From: an uncultured Candidatus Saccharibacteria bacterium
GTDB taxonomy: Bacteria > Patescibacteriota > Minisyncoccia > Minisyncoccales > UBA5738
DNA length: 64,000 bases
NCBI GenBank assembly: GCA_964470995.1
Contig: CAYYEP010000003.1
Span: 16,682 to 80,681 of the forward strand
Direction of reading: 5' to 3'
Shown: one piece after another, positions 1 through 9,245 of the stretch
How positions within the stretch are numbered: the first letter of the stretch is position 1
How the letters are laid out: every line of letters begins with the position of its first letter
The notes under the pieces: model-generated
What the model saw: only the letters and a program-made list of their open reading frames with translations
Told to the model about the DNA's origin: nothing
Databases searched by the model: none
Translations under genes and position numbers: made by a program

Positions 1-170
1 TTGGGTGGGTTAAAATACACTATTGCAGTAATTGTTTGGCGGTTGTTAATATCGTTTTAAAGCAGTCCAAACTTAAAAATTACCTCAAAAGGCGATTTAT
101 GGGGCACATAGATCGGATTTTAATTCTGCCCATTTTGTTTTGTTAATAATTCTTTGCAGTTAGTAAACCT

Positions 171-2285
171 ATGGAACACAAAATCACCAAAGTACAAAAG
201 CGTGACGGCCGGATCGTTGATTTCGATTTTGCGCGCATTGCCAACGCGATTTTTAAAGCGATCACTGCTACCGGCCAGGGCGACGAAGTAAAGGCTAAAA
301 AGATCGCCGCCGATGCCGAAAAAATTTTCAACCGCCGCTTTAAGAAGAATGAGATCCCCAGTGTGGAACAGATTCAGGACATCATCGAAGAAGTGTTGAT
401 TATGGATGGGCTGGTGGAAACCGCCAAAGCTTATATTCTTTACCGCGAACAGCGCCGCCGCATTCGTGAAACTGCCGTGGCCACCGACGAAGCGGTAGAT
501 AAAGTTGACCAGTATTTGGAAAAACTTGATTGGGAAGTCCAAGAGAACGCCAATATGGCTTTTTCTCTTCAGGGACTTAACCACTACGGCGTGTCCTATA
601 TTGTCAAAAGATATTGGCTGAATAAGATTTATCCCAAAGAAGTTCGCGAAGCTAATGAGTCGGGCGATTTTCATCTTCATAATCTTGATTCGTTGGCTCC
701 CTATTGTTCCGGTTGGGACTTGTACGACTTTTTAAAGAGGGGATTCGGCGGTGTCGCGGGAAAACTTGAATCCAAACCTCCGAAGCATTTTCGTAGCGTA
801 CTTGGCCAGGCGGTAAACTTTATTTACACTTTGTCGGGCGAAGTAGCCGGCGCGGTATCGTTTTCGAATTTTGATACTCTTGTGGCGCCGTTCATCCGAT
901 ACGATAATTTAAGCTATCCCCAGGTCAAACAGGCTATGCAGGAATTCCTGTTTAATATGGCAACGCCAACGCGCGTCGGTTTCCAATGTCCGTTCTCCAA
1001 TGTGACATTGGATCTCACTCCATCGCCGTCGTTTGCCAAGCAGCCGGTCATTATCGGCGGCGAGCCGCAAAACGAAATTTACGGCGATTTCCAGGAGGAA
1101 ATGAATATGTTTAATAAAGCCTTCTACGAAGTGATGCTGGAAGGCGATAAGAATCAGCGTGTGTTTACTTTTCCAATCCCGACGGTGAGTATTACCAAGA
1201 ATTTTGATTGGAACAATCCCAGCCTTGAACCGATGTGGGAAGCGACCGCCAAATACGGCATTAACTACTTTACCAATTATATCAACTCCGATATGAATCC
1301 CGAAGACGTACGGTCGATGTGTTGCCGTCTGCGGCTTGATATGACCGAACTGCATAATCGTGGTGGCGGTTTGTTCGGCGCCGGGGCTCTAACCGGTTCT
1401 ATCGGGGTGGTGACGATCAATATGCCGCGTCTTGGCTATCTGTCTAAAACCAAAAAAGAGTTTTTTGAGCGCTTAAGCCACCTGATGGATCTTGCCAAAG
1501 AAAGTCTTGAGCTGAAGCGCAAGGTCATTGAAAACTATATCGACAAGGGATTATATCCCTATTCGCGCCACTATCTTTCCAACGTCAAAAAAGCGCGCGG
1601 CCAGTATTATGGCAATCATTTTTCCACTATCGGCCTTAGCGGTATGAACGAAATGCTTATGAATTTTCTAGGCGAAAATATTGCCTCCAAAAAGGGGAGG
1701 GTATTCGCTCTCGAGGTAATGAATTTTATGCGCGAACGCATGGTAGAATTCCAGCGTGAAACCGGCAACATTTACAACCTTGAAGCCACCCCCGCGGAAT
1801 CCACTTCTTACCGTCTATGCTTGAAGGATAAGGCTAAATATCCCGACATAATCGCGGCCGGTACCAAGAAAAGCCCGTATTACACCAACTCATCGCAACT
1901 TCCGGTAAATTTCACCGACGACGTGTTCGAGGCTCTCAAATTGCAAGATGAAATCCAGTGCCGTTATAACGGCGGCACGGTTCAGCATTTGTTCCTGGGC
2001 GAGCGGTTGAATGATACTCAAAGCGTCAAGGCTCTGGTGCGCAAAGTATTCGAGAAATTCCGCCTGCCATATATCACGCTTACGCCGACTTTCTCAATCT
2101 GTCCGACGCATGGCTATATTGAGGGCGAGCACTTTACTTGCCCCAAATGCACCATAGAACAGCCCTGTGAAGTTTATACCCGCGTAGTGGGCTATCTGCG
2201 CCCGGTAGGACAGTTTAATCTGGGCAAACAGCAGGAATACAAAGACCGCAAAGAATACAAAGTCAAAAAAGAATCTCTGGCCTAA
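171..2285 (+). CDS. nrdD: anaerobic ribonucleoside-triphosphate reductase (class III RNR)
   Basis: 704 aa. N-terminal ATP-cone (KVQKRDGRIVDFDFARIANAI). C-terminal 4-Cys cluster (CPTHGY...CPKC) and glycyl-radical-type motif (TRVVGYLRP). Confidence 0.9.
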   Translation: MEHKITKVQKRDGRIVDFDFARIANAIFKAITATGQGDEVKAKKIAADAEKIFNRRFKKNEIPSVEQIQDIIEEVLIMDGLVETAKAYILYREQRRRIRETAVATDEAVDKVDQYLEKLDWEVQENANMAFSLQGLNHYGVSYIVKRYWLNKIYPKEVREANESGDFHLHNLDSLAPYCSGWDLYDFLKRGFGGVAGKLESKPPKHFRSVLGQAVNFIYTLSGEVAGAVSFSNFDTLVAPFIRYDNLSYPQVKQAMQEFLFNMATPTRVGFQCPFSNVTLDLTPSPSFAKQPVIIGGEPQNEIYGDFQEEMNMFNKAFYEVMLEGDKNQRVFTFPIPTVSITKNFDWNNPSLEPMWEATAKYGINYFTNYINSDMNPEDVRSMCCRLRLDMTELHNRGGGLFGAGALTGSIGVVTINMPRLGYLSKTKKEFFERLSHLMDLAKESLELKRKVIENYIDKGLYPYSRHYLSNVKKARGQYYGNHFSTIGLSGMNEMLMNFLGENIASKKGRVFALEVMNFMRERMVEFQRETGNIYNLEATPAESTSYRLCLKDKAKYPDIIAAGTKKSPYYTNSSQLPVNFTDDVFEALKLQDEIQCRYNGGTVQHLFLGERLNDTQSVKALVRKVFEKFRLPYITLTPTFSICPTHGYIEGEHFTCPKCTIEQPCEVYTRVVGYLRPVGQFNLGKQQEYKDRKEYKVKKESLA

Positions 2286-2312
2286 TTTTTAGTGAAACGA
2301 TTTTTCAGTGAA

Positions 2313-2336
2313 CCCCGGTATTTGCCGGGGTTTTTC
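2313..2336 (+). terminator. intrinsic terminator after nrdD
   Basis: Hairpin ccccgg-tatttg-ccgggg followed by TTTTT. Confidence 0.6.
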
Positions 2337-2375
2337 GTTGGGTCAAAATAACTGCTCGCTTGGTTATTTGTGTTT

Positions 2376-2430
2376 TGGGGTCGTTCCTCGATTTAATCGT
2401 TGAGGTGTGACCTCGGCAAATTCGTATTTT
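2376..2430. repeat. REP-like hairpin element (family member)
   Basis: gggtcgttcctcg-atttaatcg-ttgaggtgtgacctcggcaaattcgtatttt. Shares GGTCGTTCC...GGTG(C/T)GACC arms and the caaaYtYgtatttt tail with elements at 3801, 5209 and 53558. Confidence 0.7.
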
Positions 2431-2610
2431 ATCCTTATCTTTTCAGTGCTTGGTTGCGGGTGCAAATTTTATCCGGAAATTGATCCCTGACTTGTTTCTC
2501 GGAGCCAGCATTAAACCTAGCGGGATCAGGGTTCTTGAAGGATGATGAGTCTTCCTTGAAAGAAGGGTTTTTTTGTTCAATAATTAAAAATTATCCTACT
2601 AATCCGTAAA

Positions 2611-3741
2611 ATGGCAGACGATGTAAAAAAGGAAATATTCAGTATTGCGTTGCGCGCCGACATCGTCGCGCTTTTGCCGCGCAAGGTGCGCGCCGTTCTA
2701 AACGCTCTTGCCGGTGAACGCAACCTCCTTATCAAGGGCGGGATTGCCCGCTTGAGCCTGATGGCTCTAATCGAAAAGAAAGGTAAACTGGAAAACCCCA
2801 GCCGCCTTGATATCGAAAAGCGGATCGGAGATGTTGACCTGGCCTTCTGGCAATCCGGTTCGGGTCGCGATTTCCGGAGCGAATTGTGCCAAAAATATGC
2901 CGCCATTGCTCAAAAACTTTACGCGGTGGGCGTGGTTTTTGAGCCCAAGAACATCGATATTATCGATCTGGACGGAGGAAAGCCGCCCGTGGAAAAGATC
3001 TTTGATGCCACTGATCTGACTATCAATGAGGTTGCCCTGGGTTGTGAGGGCAATGTCTGGCGGATATATTACACAAGCCACGCTATCAAGCACATCGCCA
3101 CGGGTTGGGGCGTTTTTGTCCGCCCCAAACCGACCAATATCCGGACCGATGCCGGCCGCGTTTTTCCGTCGCCGCTGGGAATGGTGCGTCTGCTCAAATT
3201 CCTTGTTTCGGGCAAGGTTAAAAAGATTTACCTGCCGGTTCATTGGCGCAAGCTTTATTTTGCCGACTATGAGCGCAAGCTCAAAGAAGGGTTGCGCCAG
3301 CCCAATGCTCCGCTGGGTTTGCACTCGCTGGTCCTGATGAAAAATTACTTTGGTAATGACGACCGTCTGCAAAAAAAAGCGATGTTCGCGCTCTATGACC
3401 TTGGGTTCACTACGCTCCTGGATCCGGATCTTTTTATTCGCCAGCAGGAAGATATCTTTTCCCGGGCCAAGATGCGTTTTGAATTAAAAGACTTGGGATT
3501 TGATGATGTTTTTAATCGCTATCTGGAAGAAAAGAACCGCAAGTATCCGCAACGGCCTGCCGGCGCCGAACAATGCATGCATGTTTACGAACAAACCGCC
3601 TGCAATCTTTGCGGCAGGAGGGTTTGTGCTATCGAAGCTTGTAAGAACTGCGGTAAGGGCAAAAGCCGTCCGCCTATGGCCTGCACGGTCTGGATGCGCG
3701 AATGTCGCCTCGAACCTGAAGCTTTTTACGAAATAAAATAA
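2611..3741 (+). CDS. class II nucleotidyltransferase (CCA-adding/poly(A)-polymerase head domain)-like protein with C-terminal Cys-rich zinc ribbon; paralog 1
   Basis: 376 aa. GGIAR...DVDLAF (GG loop plus DxD). DLTINEVAL matches class II NTase motif B (RRDLTINA). SPLGMVRLLKFLV resembles motif D. C-terminus has about 8 Cys (CNLCGRRVCAIEACKNCG...C). Clear paralogy to 3972-5159. Confidence 0.55.
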   Translation: MADDVKKEIFSIALRADIVALLPRKVRAVLNALAGERNLLIKGGIARLSLMALIEKKGKLENPSRLDIEKRIGDVDLAFWQSGSGRDFRSELCQKYAAIAQKLYAVGVVFEPKNIDIIDLDGGKPPVEKIFDATDLTINEVALGCEGNVWRIYYTSHAIKHIATGWGVFVRPKPTNIRTDAGRVFPSPLGMVRLLKFLVSGKVKKIYLPVHWRKLYFADYERKLKEGLRQPNAPLGLHSLVLMKNYFGNDDRLQKKAMFALYDLGFTTLLDPDLFIRQQEDIFSRAKMRFELKDLGFDDVFNRYLEEKNRKYPQRPAGAEQCMHVYEQTACNLCGRRVCAIEACKNCGKGKSRPPMACTVWMRECRLEPEAFYEIK

Positions 3742-3752
3742 ATTTCATTTCT

Positions 3753-3776
3753 AAACCGGGATGTCCGGTTTTTTTA
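3753..3776 (+). terminator. intrinsic terminator
   Basis: aaccggg-atgt-cccggtt followed by a T-run. Confidence 0.55.
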
Positions 3777-3800
3777 TCTTATTTTCACCTGCCGTACGTT

Positions 3801-3862
3801 TGTATTTTAAGGTCGTTCCTATGCGTACTCGCATAGGTGCGACCTTGCCAAACTTGTATTTT
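3801..3862. repeat. REP-like hairpin element
   Basis: tgtattttAAGGTCGttcctatgcgtactcgcataggTGCGACCTTGccaaacttgtatttt. Nested inverted repeats with direct gtatttt flanks. Confidence 0.75.
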
Positions 3863-3971
3863 GGCCCACCTTCATCTCAACGACTATCCTTGACAAAATA
3901 ATCATAATGTGATATAGTAATGACGTTTTCAGTACCTACTAGAAAAAATACGTTAGGAGGGTTGATATCGA

Positions 3972-5159
3972 ATGGAAATCGTTAGGAATGTTAGGGCGGT
4001 AGAGCTGTCGAACGCAACCATTAAGAGCCTGCCGGAGAATGTCAGACTGATTCTGAAAGCCGTTGAGAATAATGGGCAAAAGGTCGCCCTGGTGAAGGGC
4101 GGCAACGCCAGATTCGTACTGATTCACCTGCTGAAGGAGAAGGGTCTCTTCGCCGATGAGCTTAGATACGGTATCGAAAGCTGTGTCAACGATCTGGACA
4201 TCTGCCTGCTTCGAACCGACAGCTGGGAAAAGCAATCCCAGATGCTCAAGGAAGCCGGTGAAGCGATCCAGAAGGCTTTGGCCGCATTCGAAGTGACTTT
4301 GGAACCCAAGGACACAGAGTTTGTCGCCGCCAATAATCTTCCCGACGCGGTCAGAAAGATATTGACCTCGAGGGACCTGACCATCAATGAGGTGGTCCTG
4401 GTCTATGAGAACGGGGGGTGGTTTGTCCACTACACCGCCGAGTGTGCCGAAGATCTGAGCGCCGGTATTGGATTCCTGAATCCCCGCGCCGGGCTGGTCT
4501 GGTATGTGTGCGGCAAGGTTATCCCGTCGCCACTGGGAATCGCCCGGTTGGCCAAGTACCTGGTCAATGGAAGGGTGAATAAGATAGTCTTCCCCGAGTA
4601 CTACAGGCAACTGTATCTCGAGGAGATTGGCCGCAGAGTCGAGGGCAAAGACCTTCCCACGGGAGCGCACAAACTTCCCGAGGGCGGATCGCTGGGGCTT
4701 TATAGCCTGGTGCTGATGAAGCTCTACTGTCAGGGGAACGACAGCCGGCGGCGGGCAATGAGGATACTCAAGGAGCTGGGTCTTACCGACCTGGATGGCC
4801 CCGCCGCCTACATCCGCGAACAGGAGCTTCTGTTCAAGATGTACGGCAAGGACTTCGAGCTTCTCGACCTGACCTGGGACGAGATCATTGCCAAGCAGAA
4901 GCAGAGCAATGAGATGGTCAACAACGGCCGCAAGATCCGCAAGGACGCGCGAGCCGCCTGCGAACATCAAATGGTTCCGCAAACCTGCCCGGGCTGCGGC
5001 AACCGGTGCCAGATCGAGAAATGCACCAAATGTACCCAGGTGAAGTTCAAAGCGCCCCTGCCTTGTGTCGCGGCCCTGTTCGCCGGCAAGACCATGTGGG
5101 ATGCGGGAATGAAGGGCATTTTCTATGCCCCTAATCTGCCCAAGTTGATGGAAGGCTAA
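3972..5159 (+). CDS. class II nucleotidyltransferase-like protein with C-terminal zinc ribbon; paralog 2
   Basis: 395 aa. GGNAR...DLDICLL, SRDLTINEVVL, SPLGIARLAKYLVNG, LGLYSLVLMK. C-terminal CPGCGNRCQIEKCTKCT...C. Collinear with paralog 1. Confidence 0.55.
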   Translation: MEIVRNVRAVELSNATIKSLPENVRLILKAVENNGQKVALVKGGNARFVLIHLLKEKGLFADELRYGIESCVNDLDICLLRTDSWEKQSQMLKEAGEAIQKALAAFEVTLEPKDTEFVAANNLPDAVRKILTSRDLTINEVVLVYENGGWFVHYTAECAEDLSAGIGFLNPRAGLVWYVCGKVIPSPLGIARLAKYLVNGRVNKIVFPEYYRQLYLEEIGRRVEGKDLPTGAHKLPEGGSLGLYSLVLMKLYCQGNDSRRRAMRILKELGLTDLDGPAAYIREQELLFKMYGKDFELLDLTWDEIIAKQKQSNEMVNNGRKIRKDARAACEHQMVPQTCPGCGNRCQIEKCTKCTQVKFKAPLPCVAALFAGKTMWDAGMKGIFYAPNLPKLMEG

Positions 5160-5208
5160 ATCAGTCTATTTCCATCTCTTTTTTGTTTTAGGCCGTTTTT
5201 AGATTTTT

Positions 5209-5263
5209 TTAAAGGTCGTTCCTATGTGTAATCACATAGGTGCGACCTTGACAACTTGCATTT
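5209..5263. repeat. REP-like hairpin element
   Basis: aaAGGTCGttcctatgtgtaatcacataggTGCGACCTTGacaacttgcattt. Near-identical arms to the 3801 copy with a different internal loop. Confidence 0.75.
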
Positions 5264-5514
5264 CTACCTCTAAGGCATTGCTTGACATTTTTCAAGGGTT
5301 TATCAATAATCTATGCCGAGGGTCCAAAATGGCCATATTGATAGGCAGAGCGGTACCAGCTAAGGGACGTCTCGAAAGAGATGTCTTTTATCGGCTTGGT
5401 GAGGAGGGTCCATTCCAACGAATCGGTACTCTGTATTTTTCCATCCGTTATCATTTGAATGGTAGTTGCGGTTCGCCGCCAAAGTTATATTATGAATTAT
5501 TAAACTCTCTCGCT

Positions 5515-6225
5515 ATGAAAATCTGCGCCTTGCAAAAAACGACTTTAATCGACTATCCCGGCCGTGTGGCGGCCACGGTTTTTACCGCGGGTTGTAATTT
5601 TCGTTGCCCCTGGTGCTATTCCAAGGAGTTGGTTCTGCCCGAATTGATCGCGTCCCAGCCGGTTATTTCCGAAGAAGATATCCTCGAATTTTTTGAAGGT
5701 AAAAAGGGTTTGCTTGAAGGCGTAGTCTTGTGCGGCGGCGAGCCTACCTTGCATCCGGACCTGCCACAATTCATCAAAAAGATCAAAGACCTGGGATTTG
5801 AAGTGAAGCTTGACAGCAACGGTTCCAATCCTAAAATGCTCAAGGATCTTATTAATGCCAAGCTCATTGATTACGTTGCTATGGATATTAAGCTTCCCAA
5901 GGAGCGGTATTCGTCATTGTTTGCTGCTCCGATTTCAACCGGGAATATCGAAGAAAGCATAAAGATATTGAAAAATTCCGGCATTGGTTTTGAATTCCGC
6001 ACCACGGTCGCTCCCGGCGTGCATACCACCGATGATCTTGAGAATATGGCTCGTTGGATAGGGGAAGGCGTGCCCGGCCCAAAACCAAAGTACTTCCTGC
6101 AGAATTTCCGTCCTGGCCGCAACATCGATCTGTCATTTGAAACGCGCCGCCCATTTCCGCCTGAATTTTTCAAAGAGGCCGAAATAAAGATTAAACCTTA
6201 TGTTTCCGAAATTGGTATTAGATAG
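5515..6225 (+). CDS. nrdG: anaerobic ribonucleotide reductase activating protein (radical SAM)
   Basis: CNFRCPWC radical-SAM motif 25 aa after the Met at 5515. LCGGEPT glycine-rich SAM motif. The ORF-track start at 5224 reads through the REP hairpin and is unlikely. 5329 is an alternative start. Confidence 0.8.
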   Translation: MKICALQKTTLIDYPGRVAATVFTAGCNFRCPWCYSKELVLPELIASQPVISEEDILEFFEGKKGLLEGVVLCGGEPTLHPDLPQFIKKIKDLGFEVKLDSNGSNPKMLKDLINAKLIDYVAMDIKLPKERYSSLFAAPISTGNIEESIKILKNSGIGFEFRTTVAPGVHTTDDLENMARWIGEGVPGPKPKYFLQNFRPGRNIDLSFETRRPFPPEFFKEAEIKIKPYVSEIGIR

Positions 6226-6236
6226 ATTCGAATTAT

Positions 6237-7754
6237 TTGGGGAGGCGGGTAATGGTTTTGGCAAAAATTTTTTTGAATAACTGCCTGGCATTCCTGGCCG
6301 GGGTGGGGCTGGCTTCGTTGATTAAAATATCCTCGGTTTTGATTTTGGCCGCGGCATTTCTTGCCGCGTTTTTGTTCGCCGCCGGCCTCTTTGTCCGAAA
6401 ACGCCGGGTTTGCGTTGCCGGAATCCTGCTGGCCGGATTTGTTTCGGGTTTTTTGCATTTTGATTTAGCCTGGTTGCGGACGCTCAATAACGATTTGGCT
6501 CGGCTTTCCGGCCAAACAGTTGTTGTTTCGGGCATTGTTGTCAACGATCCGGTATCCAATGGCAATAGCCTGCAGTTGGTCTTTCTTCCCGATGGCGCCA
6601 GCGGTAAGATTCTGGTTTTAACCCGTCCGTATCCGCAATACCAATACGGCGACCGGTTAAAATTTACCGCCAAACTGGAAACGCCGCAAAGCTTCTCGGG
6701 TTTCGATTACCAAAACTATCTTACCAAAGACGGCATTTATTCTATGGTCCGTTATCCGGAGCTTGAATTGATTTCGCCGGATAACGGCAATCCGGTCTAT
6801 GCCGGATTGCTTTGGTTCAAGCATAAGCTTATGAATGGGATAGGACAGGCCTTGCCCGCGCCCCATAATTCGTTGCTTGTTGCCATTCTTTTTGGCGATC
6901 AAAGCGGTCTTTCCGGCTGTGCTGCCAAAGATACGGAAGCCGATCCTGATTGCGCCAAATTAAAAGAAAAGCTCAATATTTCCGGCCTGCGCCACTTGGC
7001 CGCGGTTTCCGGTACCCATATTACCATCATGGCCGGAATTATCGCGCCATTCTTGGTCTGGCTTGGGTTTTGGCGCCAAAAAGCACTTTTGGCCACGCTG
7101 GTTTTTATTTGGTGCTTTATTTTAATGATCGGCCTGCCCGCATCTGCGGTGCGGGCGGGAGTCATGGGTAGTTTAATTATCCTGGCTCAAATTATCGGCC
7201 GTCCCGCGGATTATCTGCGCCTGGTTGCCATCGCCGCCGCGTTTATGGTTGCCCAAAACCCTTTGATTTTGCGTTTTGATATCGGCTTCCAGCTGTCTTT
7301 TTTAGCGGTATTGGGTATGGCTTGTTTTGCCAAACCCATTGGGTTTAAATTGGGAAAATTCGTTAAAAAACCCGAATTCCTGCGTCAGGGTTTGGCGGTA
7401 ACCTTGGCGGCGCAAATCTTTACCTTGCCAGTTCTGGTTTATAATTTTGGCTATGTTTCTCCCTACGCGCCGATCAGCAATATTTTAGTCGAGCCGTTTG
7501 TGCCGTTTATTACGATTTACGGTTTTATTTTGGCGATTGCCGCCGCGTTCAATTTTATCTTGGGATGGCTGTTATTTTTTCCGATGTGGCTGGCGCTTTC
7601 ATATTTGCTTGTTGTTGCCGGCCTTTTTGCGTCTTTGCCTGGAGCCGCGCTGAATTTTAAGGTCGGATTTTTCTGGCTGGCGGTTTCGTATGTTCTTTTG
7701 GCTTTGGTTGCCCGGAAGATTAAAAGAAAAGAGAGGTTGGAATTTTTAAGATAG
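6237..7754 (+). CDS. comEC: ComEC/Rec2-family DNA internalization channel protein (DUF4131 plus competence domain; ends after the competence domain, no room for a C-terminal beta-lactamase domain)
   Basis: Multi-TM protein. N-terminal OB-like periplasmic region (VVVSGIVVNDP...GDRLKFTAKLETP). Competence-domain motif ISGLRHLAAVSGTHITIMAGI. Confidence 0.6.
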   Translation: MGRRVMVLAKIFLNNCLAFLAGVGLASLIKISSVLILAAAFLAAFLFAAGLFVRKRRVCVAGILLAGFVSGFLHFDLAWLRTLNNDLARLSGQTVVVSGIVVNDPVSNGNSLQLVFLPDGASGKILVLTRPYPQYQYGDRLKFTAKLETPQSFSGFDYQNYLTKDGIYSMVRYPELELISPDNGNPVYAGLLWFKHKLMNGIGQALPAPHNSLLVAILFGDQSGLSGCAAKDTEADPDCAKLKEKLNISGLRHLAAVSGTHITIMAGIIAPFLVWLGFWRQKALLATLVFIWCFILMIGLPASAVRAGVMGSLIILAQIIGRPADYLRLVAIAAAFMVAQNPLILRFDIGFQLSFLAVLGMACFAKPIGFKLGKFVKKPEFLRQGLAVTLAAQIFTLPVLVYNFGYVSPYAPISNILVEPFVPFITIYGFILAIAAAFNFILGWLLFFPMWLALSYLLVVAGLFASLPGAALNFKVGFFWLAVSYVLLALVARKIKRKERLEFLR

Positions 7755-7880
7755 AATAACGATTCGCAGGATGATCTTTTTTTGTTATTATCTAAATAGG
7801 ACTTTCTTGTTTGTTTTTTAAAATGGGCCTACGCGAATTTTTGCACCGCGGGTCTAATATAATTTAGGAAGTTCCAAAGA

Positions 7881-9194
7881 ATGGAAGGTCAGGCTTGGAT
7901 AGTCAGTGTTAATATGGGTTACGGGCATCAGCGGACCGCTTATCCGCTCAAGAGCTTCGCGTACAACGATAAAGTTCTTAACGCCAACGATTACGACGGC
8001 ATTCCGGCCCGCGACCGCCAAATCTGGGAAGGAAGCCGCCGTTTTTACGAGGGGATTTCCAAGTTCAAGCGCACTCCGGTTATCGGCGATGCCGCCTTTG
8101 CTTTATACGACAAACTCTTCCAGAAGATATTTGATTTTTATCCGCGCCGGGATTTGTCGCGGGCAACTTTCCTGACTAACCGCAATTACGATCTGATCCA
8201 CAAAGGTTGGGGTAGGGATATCATCACCAAAATGGCTCGCCATCCGTTGCCGCTGGTAACCACCTTTTTCATTCCGGCCTTTATGGCCGAGGAATTCGAT
8301 TATCCCAACGAAATATACCTTATTGTTTGCGATGCCGACGTCAGCCGCCAGTGGGTTGCGCGCGACCCTTTGCGTAGCCGGATTAACTACTGCGCGCCCA
8401 ATTCCCGCGTTTATGAACGATTAAAGCTTTACGGCGTATCTAAAAAACGCCTGTTTTTGACCGGTTATCCATTGCCGGAAGATAATATTTCCACGGGTAA
8501 GGGCAAGGCCTTCTGGGAAATGAACATTGCCAAGCACGATCTTGCCCGGCGCTTGATCAATTTGGATCCGACGGGCGCCTATCTTTCCAAATACCGCGAA
8601 TTTGTTGAAAAAGTTTTAGGCGAATTGCCCCAGTCCGTAAAAAGGCCCCTAACGGTTATGTTTTCCGCGGGTGGCGCCGGCGCGCAGAGCGAGATCGGCA
8701 TAAACCTCGCGCGCCAATTTGCGGGCAAAATTAAAGATGGCCGCATGAGGTTAGTGCTTTCGGTTGGCATAAATCAGGGGCTAAAAGATAAATTTTCCGT
8801 TTTTGTCAATAGCTTGGGGCTTGGAGACTCTCCTTTTATGGAGATTCTTTATGAGAATGACGTGCAGGAATATTTTGGCCGCTTTAACGAAATACTGCGC
8901 CAGACCGATATCTTATGGACCAAACCCAGTGAATTGTCTTTTTATTCGGCACTTGGTTTGCCCGTTATTATCGCGCCGCCGATCGGCTCCCAGGAAAACT
9001 TTAACAAAGGCTGGTTGCTCCGTTCGGGTTTTGGCCTGGAGCAGGGAAGTATCAATTGTATCGACCAATGGTTGTCCGACTGGCTCAACAGCGGTTATTT
9101 GGCCGAAGCGGCTATGGAAGGTTTTGTCGAGGGGGAAAAGTTGGGAACCTACCATATCAGGCGGCTGGTTTCCAACAAGGGCTGCCTGAACTGA
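7881..9194 (+). CDS. glycosyltransferase, MurG/MGDG-synthase-like (GT28-like)
   Basis: The C-terminal DILWTKPSELSFYSALGLPVIIAPPIGSQENFNKGWLL resembles the GT28 C-terminal domain. N-terminal GYGHQR may be the glycine loop. Confidence 0.45.
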   Translation: MEGQAWIVSVNMGYGHQRTAYPLKSFAYNDKVLNANDYDGIPARDRQIWEGSRRFYEGISKFKRTPVIGDAAFALYDKLFQKIFDFYPRRDLSRATFLTNRNYDLIHKGWGRDIITKMARHPLPLVTTFFIPAFMAEEFDYPNEIYLIVCDADVSRQWVARDPLRSRINYCAPNSRVYERLKLYGVSKKRLFLTGYPLPEDNISTGKGKAFWEMNIAKHDLARRLINLDPTGAYLSKYREFVEKVLGELPQSVKRPLTVMFSAGGAGAQSEIGINLARQFAGKIKDGRMRLVLSVGINQGLKDKFSVFVNSLGLGDSPFMEILYENDVQEYFGRFNEILRQTDILWTKPSELSFYSALGLPVIIAPPIGSQENFNKGWLLRSGFGLEQGSINCIDQWLSDWLNSGYLAEAAMEGFVEGEKLGTYHIRRLVSNKGCLN

Positions 9195-9245
9195 TTATCT
9201 GTATTATTTATAAATCGCGATTCAACGTTTTGCGATTCATTATCT

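Noticed and set aside
20-60. Possible NrdR-box-like palindrome (atacactattgcagtaa) upstream of nrdD
   Set aside because: Only one weak half-site match to the NrdR box consensus. No nrdR gene is visible in the window.
120-680. 186-aa minus-strand ORF at the window start
   Set aside because: It is antisense to the nrdD ATP-cone region. nrdD is unambiguous.
3939-4982. 347-aa minus-strand ORF
   Set aside because: It lies entirely antisense to the well-supported NTase-like paralog 2 (3972-5159). Its composition is Leu/Gly/Val-rich with no motifs, typical of a shadow ORF.
5224-5514. Long N-terminal extension of nrdG in the ORF track
   Set aside because: It reads through the REP-like hairpin. It places the CxxxCxxC radical-SAM motif about 120 aa from the N-terminus instead of the usual about 25.
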